A DNA stretch of 46,382 bases, from the NCBI GenBank assembly GCA_937897535.1, contig CALCQB010000284.1, positions 1 through 46,382 on the forward strand, read 5' to 3'. This DNA comes from an uncultured Novosphingobium sp. Its GTDB lineage: Bacteria; Pseudomonadota; Alphaproteobacteria; Sphingomonadales; Sphingomonadaceae. Under the pieces are notes generated by a model. It had not been told where the DNA came from. It searched no databases and saw nothing but the letters and a program-made list of their open reading frames with translations. Position 1 is the first letter of the stretch; every line of letters begins with the position of its first letter. The position numbers were made by a program, and so were the translations under genes. Below, one piece after another: positions 27,478 to 35,435 of this stretch.

Positions 27478-29583
27478 ATGCGTTTGAAGATCCTGGCGCT
27501 TGCCGCTTTGCTGCCGCTGGCCGCATGCGGGCCAAAGGCGACTGCGCCGACCACCGAAGGCGTGACCGACGCGATGATCGCCCAGCCACCGGCGGGCGAA
27601 TGGCTGACCTATGGCGGCGATCGCGGCGAGACGCGGTTCTCTCCGCTCAATCAGCTTACCGACAAGAACGTCGGCCAGCTTGGCCTGGCCTGGTTTTCGG
27701 ACCTCGAAACCGCGCGCGGACAGGAAGCGACCCCGCTGATGCATGATGGGGTGCTTTACATCAGCACCGCCTGGTCGATGGTCAAGGCCTATGACGCCAA
27801 GACCGGTGCGCTCAAGTGGTCCTACGATCCCAAGGTCCCGCGCGATACGCTGGTCCGGGCCTGCTGCGACGCGGTCAACCGCGGCGTCGCGCTCTATGAC
27901 AACAACGTCTATGTCGGCACGCTCGACGGGCGGCTGGTCGCGCTCGACCAGAAGACCGGCAAGGTGGTGTTCGAGAAGGTCGTGGTCCCCAACCAGAAGG
28001 ACTATACCATCACCGGCGCGCCGCGGGTGGTGAAGGGCAAGGTCCTGATCGGGTCGGGCGGGTCCGAATACAAGGCGCGCGGCTATCTTGCCGCCTATGA
28101 CTGGAAGACCGGCGACGAGGTCTGGAAGTTCCACACCGTCCCCGGCAATCCGGCCGACGGGTTCGAGAACAAGGCGATGGAAGACGCCGCCAAGACCTGG
28201 GCCGGCAAGTGGTGGGAACTGGGCGGTGGCGGCACCGTCTGGGATTCGATCACCTATGATCCCGAAACCAACCTGGTGATGTTCGGCACCGGCAATGCCG
28301 AGCCGTGGAACCCGGCCGCCGCCGGGCGCACCGGCGACAGCCTCTACACTTCGTCGATTGTTGCGGTGAACGCCGATACCGGCGAATATGTCTGGCACTT
28401 CCAGGAAACCCCGGAAGACCGCTGGGACTTTGACAGCAACGCCCAGATCACCGTCAGCGATATCGATGTGAACGGGCAGAAGCGCCACGTGGTGATGCAC
28501 GCCCCGAAGAACGGGTTCTTCTATACGCTCGATGCCAAGACCGGGGAATTCCTCTCGGCCAAGCCGTTCACGCCGCAGACCTGGACCACCGGGGTCGACC
28601 CCAAGACCGGCAAGGCCCAGATCAATCCCGAGGCGCGCTACGAACAGACCGGCAAGCCGTTCCTGTCGGTCCCGGGTGCTGCCGGAGCCCACAGCTGGCA
28701 GCCGATGAGCTTCAGCACGGCGACCAAACTGATGTATATCCCGGCCAACCTCGCGGCGATGCCCTATGCGGCGGCCAAGGACTGGAAGCCGACCGATATC
28801 GGGTTCCAGACCGGAATGGACGGAGCCGCCGTGGCTACCCCGGCCGACAAGGCGGTGCGCGAAGGTGCCCGCGCTGCTACCACCGGGGCGCTGATCGCCT
28901 GGGATCCGGTCAAGCAGGCCGAAGCCTGGCGGGTGCCCTACGTCGGTCCGTGGAACGGCGGGATCCTCTCGACCTCGGGTAACCTGGTGTTCCAGGGCAA
29001 TGCCGACGGGCTGTTTCAGGCCTTCACCGCCGACAAGGGCAGCAAGTTGTGGAGCTTTGACGCCCAGACCGGAGTGATCGCCGCGCCGATGACCTACATG
29101 ATCGACGGCGAGCAGTACGTCGCAATCATGGTCGGCTGGGGCGGCGTCTGGGACGTCGCCACCGGGGTCGTCGCCAAGAAGAGCAAGGGCCACTATAACG
29201 TCAGCCGCCTGCTGGTGTTCAAGATCGGCGGCACCGCGAAGCTGCCCGCGCCCAAGGCGCTCAACCAGCTGCCGATCGATCCGCCGGCCTTTACCGGCAA
29301 GCCCGAACAAGTCGCGGCGGGTGCAAGCACCTATGCCCGCTACTGCGCGGTCTGCCATGGCGATGCCGTCCAGGGCGGAACGCTCAACCCCGACCTGCGC
29401 CGCTCGCAGTACATCAACGCCCCTGAAGGGATCCGTGCGGTGGTGATCGACGGGGTGCTGATGCAGGGCGAGCATCCCAAGGGGATGGTCTCGTTCAAGT
29501 CGGCGCTGAGCGAAGGCGATGTCGAGAACGTCCGCCAGTACATCATCAAGCGCGCGAACGAGGACAAGGTGATCGGGGAGTAA
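27478..29583 (+). CDS. PQQ quinohemoprotein alcohol dehydrogenase (type II), lipoprotein
   Basis: Lipobox LAAC; ACCDAVNRG; GGSEY; WDFDS; haem c motif CAVCH. Confidence 0.93.
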   Translation: MRLKILALAALLPLAACGPKATAPTTEGVTDAMIAQPPAGEWLTYGGDRGETRFSPLNQLTDKNVGQLGLAWFSDLETARGQEATPLMHDGVLYISTAWSMVKAYDAKTGALKWSYDPKVPRDTLVRACCDAVNRGVALYDNNVYVGTLDGRLVALDQKTGKVVFEKVVVPNQKDYTITGAPRVVKGKVLIGSGGSEYKARGYLAAYDWKTGDEVWKFHTVPGNPADGFENKAMEDAAKTWAGKWWELGGGGTVWDSITYDPETNLVMFGTGNAEPWNPAAAGRTGDSLYTSSIVAVNADTGEYVWHFQETPEDRWDFDSNAQITVSDIDVNGQKRHVVMHAPKNGFFYTLDAKTGEFLSAKPFTPQTWTTGVDPKTGKAQINPEARYEQTGKPFLSVPGAAGAHSWQPMSFSTATKLMYIPANLAAMPYAAAKDWKPTDIGFQTGMDGAAVATPADKAVREGARAATTGALIAWDPVKQAEAWRVPYVGPWNGGILSTSGNLVFQGNADGLFQAFTADKGSKLWSFDAQTGVIAAPMTYMIDGEQYVAIMVGWGGVWDVATGVVAKKSKGHYNVSRLLVFKIGGTAKLPAPKALNQLPIDPPAFTGKPEQVAAGASTYARYCAVCHGDAVQGGTLNPDLRRSQYINAPEGIRAVVIDGVLMQGEHPKGMVSFKSALSEGDVENVRQYIIKRANEDKVIGE

Positions 29584-29611
29584 GGTTTCCCGCCATCTGG
29601 CTGGCAAACAC

Positions 29612-29642
29612 AAAGGGCGCGGATTTCGGTCCGCGCCCTTTT
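29612..29642 (+). terminator. Rho-independent terminator (possibly bidirectional)
   Basis: AAAGGGCGCGGAT-TTCG-GTCCGCGCCCTTTT. Confidence 0.85.
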
Positions 29643-29671
29643 CGTAAACAGTTCTAGCATCTCACGTGGAC

Positions 29672-29749
29672 TCGTCATTGCGAGCGCAGCGAAGCAATCC
29701 AGAGCGGTTTATGCGACTCTGGATTGCTTCGCTGCGCTCGCAATGACGA
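29672..29749. repeat. REP/RPE-like palindromic element, copy B
   Basis: Perfect 33-bp inverted repeat TCGTCATTGCGAGCGCAGCGAAGCAATCCAGAG with a 12-nt loop; same family as 16442-16517. Confidence 0.9.
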
Positions 29750-29772
29750 AGTCTCATGTTCGGACCGGAGTC

Positions 29773-30777
29773 TTAAGGCGCGATCAGCACCTTGCACTGG
29801 TGGGTGCGATGCTTGAGCGCCTCGAACATCTCCGGGGTTTCGTCGAGGCCGATCGTACCGGTCACCAGCAGCCGCGGTTCGGCCGCGCCCGCGCCCAGCG
29901 CATCCAGCGCCTGCTCGTAGTCCTGCCGGGTGAAGAACGCGCTGGTCAGCAGCCGCACTTCCTTGGACAGCATCGCAAAGCTGTCGATCGTATCCGGCCG
30001 GGTGCACAGCCCCAGCAACAGGACCGTCCCGCGATTCCGCACCTGCTGCACCGCCTGCGCGATCAGGCCGGGCACCCCGACGCATTCGAACACGATATCG
30101 GGCTTTCTTCCGGCAAAGGCCCGGTCGCTGGCCCCGACCGGATCGGCGGCATCGGCAATGAACCCGTCCGCGCCCATTTCCAGCGCGCGGGTCCGCTGCC
30201 AATCGGCCAGGTCCTGCACGACCACGCGCTTGGCCCCCAGCCGCTTGGCCCAGAAGGCCACCGCCAGCCCGATCGGTCCCGCGCCGAGCACCAGCACCTT
30301 GTCGCCCGAGCGCAATCCGGATAGCCGGACTCCGTGCAGCGCGACGGCCAATGGCTCGATGATCGCCCCGTCGGCCAGGCTGGCGCTTCTGGGCAATTTG
30401 ACGCACTGGTTGGGCCGGGTCAGGGCAAATTCGGCATAGCCGCCGCCCTGCAGTCCGAACTTGTCGCACCATTGCACCTCGCCCTTGCGGCAATGCTGGC
30501 ATTTCCCGCAGCTCTTGAGCGGAATGACCGAAACGAGGTCGCCCGTGGCCAAGCCCTCGGTGCCTTTGCCCAGCGCTACCACTTCGCCGGCAAATTCGTG
30601 CCCGAAGACATCGCCCGGGGCAGCCCCGAAGGCCGGATCCTCAGCCATGTGCAGATCGCTGCCGCAGATCCCGCAGCGCGCGACCCTGACCACCACCTCG
30701 CCCTCGCCGGGGGTCGGATCGGGCAATTGCTCCAGCACCAGTTGCTGGCTGAGACCCGTAAAGCGGACTGCCTTCAC
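29773..30777 (-). CDS. Zinc-dependent medium-chain alcohol dehydrogenase
   Basis: CGICGSD, GHEFAG, structural Zn motif CGKCQHC...C, GAGPIG. Confidence 0.92.
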   Translation of the reverse strand: MKAVRFTGLSQQLVLEQLPDPTPGEGEVVVRVARCGICGSDLHMAEDPAFGAAPGDVFGHEFAGEVVALGKGTEGLATGDLVSVIPLKSCGKCQHCRKGEVQWCDKFGLQGGGYAEFALTRPNQCVKLPRSASLADGAIIEPLAVALHGVRLSGLRSGDKVLVLGAGPIGLAVAFWAKRLGAKRVVVQDLADWQRTRALEMGADGFIADAADPVGASDRAFAGRKPDIVFECVGVPGLIAQAVQQVRNRGTVLLLGLCTRPDTIDSFAMLSKEVRLLTSAFFTRQDYEQALDALGAGAAEPRLLVTGTIGLDETPEMFEALKHRTHQCKVLIAP

Positions 30778-31598
30778 TTGGGCGCGCCCAGCGCCACACC
30801 GCCGTCGATCAGCAGGGTCGATCCGGTCATGAAGCTGGAGGCATCGCTGGCGAGGTACAGCGCCAGCGGCTTCATCTGGTAGGTTTCGGCCATGCCGCCC
30901 AGCGGGATCGTCGCATCGAACGCGGCCTTCACCGCCGGGTCTTTCTTGGCCCAGCCATCGCCGATATTGGTGACGAACGGTCCCGGCGCGATCGCGTTGA
31001 CCCGGATCCGGTAGCGGGCCAGCTCAAGCGCCAGCGCGCGGACCATGTGCAGCACCCCGGCCTTGGCCGGATGGTAGGGCATCGGCACGATCGGCTCGAG
31101 CATCATCCCGGCGTTGGAGGCGGTGGCAATGATCGAGCCGCGATTGCCGCCGGCCTTCATCACCCGCGCCGCGTTCCGCATGGTGTTGTAGGCCCCGGTC
31201 AGGTTGATCGCGATCGAGCGGTCCCACAGCGCCGGGTCATAGGTATCGACCTGGCCATCGGGCACCCGCGACCCGTCCGGCGCGACGAAGCCCGGCCCTT
31301 CGCCAAGGCCCGCATTGGCAAAGCAGATGTCGAGCCCGCCCCAGGCCGCGACATGGCCGTCGAACACCGCCGTGCACCCGGCCCGGTCGGTCACGTCAAG
31401 CAGCGCAGTGCGGACCTTGTAGCCCTCTCCTGCCAGCCGCGCCGCCTCGCGCTCCAGTCCGGCGGCGTCGATATCGGTCAGGGTAACACTGGCCCCCGCC
31501 TCGGCCATGGTCTCGGCATAGGCCAGACCGATGCCGGAGGCGGCACCTGTGACCAGCGCGGAACGCCCGGTAATGTCGAACTGGACCAGGGTCTTCAT
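30774..31598 (-). CDS. Short-chain dehydrogenase/reductase
   Basis: TGAASGIG, ANAG, YHPAK, RVNAIAPG, IDGG; coupled to both neighbours. Confidence 0.9.
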   Translation of the reverse strand: MKTLVQFDITGRSALVTGAASGIGLAYAETMAEAGASVTLTDIDAAGLEREAARLAGEGYKVRTALLDVTDRAGCTAVFDGHVAAWGGLDICFANAGLGEGPGFVAPDGSRVPDGQVDTYDPALWDRSIAINLTGAYNTMRNAARVMKAGGNRGSIIATASNAGMMLEPIVPMPYHPAKAGVLHMVRALALELARYRIRVNAIAPGPFVTNIGDGWAKKDPAVKAAFDATIPLGGMAETYQMKPLALYLASDASSFMTGSTLLIDGGVALGAPK

Positions 31599-32713
31599 AC
31601 CACCGGTTCCACCGGTGAACGGCTACCTGCGCTTTTGGCCAGCAGATCGGCCAGCGCCCCGCCACCCGGCGTCAGGCGCTCGCCGTTCGCTTCCCCGGCG
31701 ATCAGCTTGGCCAGTCGCCTGCGGGCCCGTGCGCCGGAAACGTCTGCCGGGATCGCGACCGGAGACAGGTCCTGGACATGGCGGTCGCCAAGCGCCGCCT
31801 GCTGCGCCTCGATCATTGGCTTGTCCTGGATCGCGAAGGCATAGTCGATCGAGCCCTGCCAGAAGGCATCGACTTCGGGGTTGTCGATCCCGTGATTGCG
31901 CACAACGGTCCAGTAATAGAGCGTTCGCGTTGGCGAAACCGGGGTCAGATGGTGTCCGGTGAACACCCACAGCCCGTCTTCGCGCGGTTTGCCCACCGGA
32001 GTGATGCCGACATCGAGCAGCAGGTGCGCCGGGGCATCCCAGCGGAAGTAGAGCCAGTGGTCGATCCGGGTATCGAGCCCGAGGCCCATCTCCATTCCCA
32101 TGATCCCGCCCCAGACGGGGGGCGGCAATCCATCGGGGCACCAGCGATTGGCCCAGACGGTCGAGCCTGATTCCTGTGTCTCGAGCTTGGAAACGGTGAT
32201 CGCTTCGCTCGAGAGCGTGCCTTCATGAAGGAAATCGGCGTGAGTCAGGTCGAGCAGGTTGTCAGTGATCAGTTCGTAATTTGCCGCGACATCCATCATC
32301 CCGCGGATCGTGGTGAAGCCGGGCGCGGAATAGCAGGCGAAATCAGGCATCAGGGCTTCGTCAGCCGCGTCTTCGTCACCCATCCACACCCAGATCGCAC
32401 CATGCCGTTCGACTACCGGATAATGCGCCACCTTCATCGCCGGGGAAATCACCCCGCCGCGATGCGGGTTGAGGACGCAGGCCCCGCTCTCTCCGAACAC
32501 CATGCCGTGATAGCCGCACTGCACCGTATCACCGATCCGCTTGCCCATGTGCAGCGGGGCAAAGCGGTGTGGACACAGGTTGCCGATCGCCACCGGATCG
32601 CCGTTCTCCTTGCGGTAGAGCAGCACGGCTTGTTCGAGGATCGTGCGGTTGGTGAGCTCGTCGCCGAGCTCGTCCGACCAGCAGGCAACATACCAGGCGT
32701 TCTTGAGGTACAT
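31595..32713 (-). CDS. Rieske non-heme iron oxygenase alpha subunit (VanA/DdmC-like O-demethylase type)
   Basis: YLKNAWY, CPHR...CGYHG, DNLLDLTHADFLH, QDKPMIEAQQ. Confidence 0.9.
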   Translation of the reverse strand: MYLKNAWYVACWSDELGDELTNRTILEQAVLLYRKENGDPVAIGNLCPHRFAPLHMGKRIGDTVQCGYHGMVFGESGACVLNPHRGGVISPAMKVAHYPVVERHGAIWVWMGDEDAADEALMPDFACYSAPGFTTIRGMMDVAANYELITDNLLDLTHADFLHEGTLSSEAITVSKLETQESGSTVWANRWCPDGLPPPVWGGIMGMEMGLGLDTRIDHWLYFRWDAPAHLLLDVGITPVGKPREDGLWVFTGHHLTPVSPTRTLYYWTVVRNHGIDNPEVDAFWQGSIDYAFAIQDKPMIEAQQAALGDRHVQDLSPVAIPADVSGARARRRLAKLIAGEANGERLTPGGGALADLLAKSAGSRSPVEPVV

Positions 32714-32743
32714 GACGATAAAGACTCCTCTTCCGATCCAACC

Positions 32744-32884
32744 CCGTCACCCTGAACCCGGATCAGGGCCCATCAAGCCTCAGGCGCAATGGCCCGGATG
32801 ACAATCAAACCGCGCAGTCGGTTCACACGACGCGAACCTTGGACGGCTGGCGAAATGGGTCCTGAAACAAGTTCAGGATGACGG
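32744..32884. repeat. 141-bp element with 30-bp imperfect terminal inverted repeats (MITE/RPE-like)
   Basis: Left arm CCGTCACCCTGAACCCGGATCAGGGCCCAT versus the reverse complement of the right arm CCGTCATCCTGAACTTGTTTCAGGACCCAT (24/30 match). Confidence 0.75.
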
Positions 32885-32908
32885 TGAAGATACGTGGGTG
32901 CGGTTCCG

Positions 32909-33445
32909 CTACAGGTACAGCTTCGGATTGATCGGGATGCCGTGTTCCTTGCAGTGGCTTTCGTAGTGTTCCATGAACCACCACACGTCAGCGGTCATGA
33001 CGAACTCGGCGTTTTCGTCGTAGAATTCGATCGGCCCCTGCATCCAGCCGAACAGCTTCACGCCCTGCGGATGCTCGGTGACCAGCGTGTGGCTTTCACC
33101 CGGAACCTCCAGGATCAGCCCACCGGGTGAGGACACCCAGTCATACTCGAGATAGCGGACCGAGCCTTCGAGGCAGACCATCATGATCGTGCCGCGATGG
33201 AGGTGGGTGCCGATCGCGCCGGGCCCTTTGACCCACAGGATGTTCGAGAAGATTCCGGTGCGCACGTCGAACGCCAGGTGCTTGATCGCGGCATTGTCGC
33301 CGAACGGCACCCACGGGCTGTCATCGTCGCTCATCGCGTCGATGTAGCGGCCGCCGGGGCTGTACTTTTCAACCAGCGCGCGCTGCGCAAACGGCACGTT
33401 GACGATCTTGGCGAGGCTTGAAGGGGGTGCAGTCATGGTAGCCAT
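32909..33445 (-). CDS. 2,4'-dihydroxyacetophenone dioxygenase-family cupin
   Basis: SPWVPF, HLHRG, GSVRYLEYDW, EVPGESHTL (3-His cupin). Confidence 0.82.
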   Translation of the reverse strand: MATMTAPPSSLAKIVNVPFAQRALVEKYSPGGRYIDAMSDDDSPWVPFGDNAAIKHLAFDVRTGIFSNILWVKGPGAIGTHLHRGTIMMVCLEGSVRYLEYDWVSSPGGLILEVPGESHTLVTEHPQGVKLFGWMQGPIEFYDENAEFVMTADVWWFMEHYESHCKEHGIPINPKLYL

Positions 33446-33461
33446 GGTGGTTCTCCTTGGT

Positions 33462-34736
33462 TCAGGTGGCAGATTGAGCGGAGCGCCGCGCCAGCACGCG
33501 CGGAGCGGTTTCTTTCAGGAACAACGCGGTCAGGCCGCCGGCCACGGCAAGACCGACCATCATCCACAGTGGTGCCTGGCGGCCCAGCGCCTGCGACAAT
33601 TGCCCGGCGATCGCGGGGCCGCCCGCGCCTCCGAGAATCTCGCATGAGCCCATGCACAGCCCGAACACGGTTGCGGCCTTGTCGGGCGAAACGCTTTCGG
33701 ACGGGACCGTCGCCATGAACAGCGGGAACACCCCGTTGAGCGCCCAGCCGACGAAGAATATCCCCGCCAGCCCCCAGGCCGAGCCCTGATAAAACATCGC
33801 ACCGAGCGGCAGGATCACTGCCACGAACGAACACAGGATCATCACCGGGCGGCGGCCCAGCATGTCGGACAGCCCGGCGATCACGAAGCTGCCGAGCGTC
33901 GCCGAAATCCCCAGGGTGCCCATCAGCCAGCTGGTTGTGGTCTGGTCGTATCCGCGGTTCTGGGTCAGGTACAGCGGCAGGAACGCCCAGCAAATCACCA
34001 GATAGGCGACCAGCACGATCCCCATCACCACGCAGACCCAGACATTGCGGATCTTCAGCACCTCAAGCACCGCCGCGAACCAGCCGGAGAGACTTCCGCT
34101 TGGTCCTTCGGCGCGCGGTGCGGGGGCCGGTTCGTCGAGCAGGAACCAGATCAACGCGGCGCTCAGCATCCCGGGAATCCCGGCGATGTAGAATGCCTTC
34201 TGCCAGCCGTAGTGACTGGCGAGCGCGACCAGCACCACCGGGGCGACGAACGAGCCGAAGAAGTTCGAACCGAAGTTCTGCGCGATGCCCTGGGCCAGCC
34301 CGCGCCATTTTGGTTCGACCTCGCTCGCCACCATTGCGTGGCTGATCGGCATGACCCCGCCCTCGGCGATCCCCATCAGGATCCGCGCGCCGATCAGCAT
34401 CGCGAAACTGGCGGCGAGCCCGGTCAGGAACGAACAGACCGAAAAGGCCAGCGTTGCGATCACCAGCAGCAGCTTGCGGTTGCCGACCATGTCCGACAAG
34501 CGGCTGACCCCGAATGCCGCGAGCGCCCAGGTGAACGAGAATATCCCGGCCACCGCGCCGACCTGCCCGTCGCTCAGTTTGAGGTCGGGCTGGACGAACG
34601 GCATCAGGAAGTTGAGCGAATTGCGATCGAAAAACACGATCCCGAAGTTGAGGCTGAGCAGCCCGACCAGCAGGAACTGATAGCTGGTACTGCGCGCCTG
34701 GCCTGGTGGTGCGGCGATGCCGGCTGATGACTGCAT
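33462..34736 (-). CDS. MFS transporter
   Basis: About 12 hydrophobic segments; FFDR, LSDMVGNRK and LSDMLGRR motif A; RILMGIAEG. Confidence 0.92.
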   Translation of the reverse strand: MQSSAGIAAPPGQARSTSYQFLLVGLLSLNFGIVFFDRNSLNFLMPFVQPDLKLSDGQVGAVAGIFSFTWALAAFGVSRLSDMVGNRKLLLVIATLAFSVCSFLTGLAASFAMLIGARILMGIAEGGVMPISHAMVASEVEPKWRGLAQGIAQNFGSNFFGSFVAPVVLVALASHYGWQKAFYIAGIPGMLSAALIWFLLDEPAPAPRAEGPSGSLSGWFAAVLEVLKIRNVWVCVVMGIVLVAYLVICWAFLPLYLTQNRGYDQTTTSWLMGTLGISATLGSFVIAGLSDMLGRRPVMILCSFVAVILPLGAMFYQGSAWGLAGIFFVGWALNGVFPLFMATVPSESVSPDKAATVFGLCMGSCEILGGAGGPAIAGQLSQALGRQAPLWMMVGLAVAGGLTALFLKETAPRVLARRSAQSAT

Positions 34737-34762
34737 GGTTCTCTCCCCGGTTGTGCTTGTTA

Positions 34763-35302
34763 TCAGCTGAAAGGCCGGATCGGGTCTTTGCCGTCCCAAC
34801 CCTGCGCCGCCCGCCAGAACGACGTGAAATGCGCATCCATCGCCGGGCTCACCGGCAGCAGTTCGATGCAGGCGGTGGCGGCCGCGTGGCCCTTTTCCAG
34901 ATAGACCACGTCGCCCCCGGTCGGCACCGGTGAGCGAAAGCTCTCGCGCCAGCCCGCCGCCTCGTATTGCGCTTGGGCAACCGGAACATCCTGAACGGCA
35001 ATGCCGTGATGGTGCAGGCCATAGCCGCGGGTCAGGATCGCTTCGCGGTAGATCGACGGTTCCCGGTCGAGCGGCTGGATCAGTTCGAACCAGGTCTGCC
35101 CCGAAAAGGCCATGCCGATCCGCACATCAGCCGTGCTGACCTGCCCGCGGTAGGTCTGGGCACCAGGCTGCAGAAAATGGTCGATGACGAAGAACGGACC
35201 CGCGCCAAGATCGCGCATGAAATGGTCCATCGAAGCATCAAGGTCTTCGACCACATAGGCGAACTGCGCCACCGTTCCCAGCGCCTGACCCCAGCCCAGC
35301 AT
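34763..35302 (-). CDS. VOC/glyoxalase-family protein
   Basis: QFAYVVEDLD, GAGPF, FELIQP, GLHHHG, IEL. Confidence 0.85.
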   Translation of the reverse strand: MLGWGQALGTVAQFAYVVEDLDASMDHFMRDLGAGPFFVIDHFLQPGAQTYRGQVSTADVRIGMAFSGQTWFELIQPLDREPSIYREAILTRGYGLHHHGIAVQDVPVAQAQYEAAGWRESFRSPVPTGGDVVYLEKGHAAATACIELLPVSPAMDAHFTSFWRAAQGWDGKDPIRPFS

Positions 35303-35435
35303 GATGCCTCGGCTCCTCATCCCAAATTTTGTAAGTTATTACGCCTATTCTTGCCATGGTTTCGAAAGAGCGCAAGCACCTTTGTTGCAGCCCACCGCAG
35401 CTTGCGGCATGAGGGCGTCCAGGGGAGGCGCCGGC

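Noticed and set aside
19043-29583. Methanol dehydrogenase (mxaF/xoxF) annotation for the PQQ genes
   Set aside because: Both have C-terminal haem c domains and lipoboxes (type II ADH), and no mxa/xox accessory genes are present.
26041-29613. 1190-aa minus-strand ORF (likewise 19013-21772, 39220-40932, 42511-44193, 44190-45935)
   Set aside because: These are shadow ORFs opposite well-supported genes, with Arg/Gly-rich composition and no recognisable domains.
16442-29749. Hairpin repeats read as CRISPR repeats or IS ends
   Set aside because: They are isolated palindromes 13 kb apart with no spacer array, cas gene or transposase in the window.
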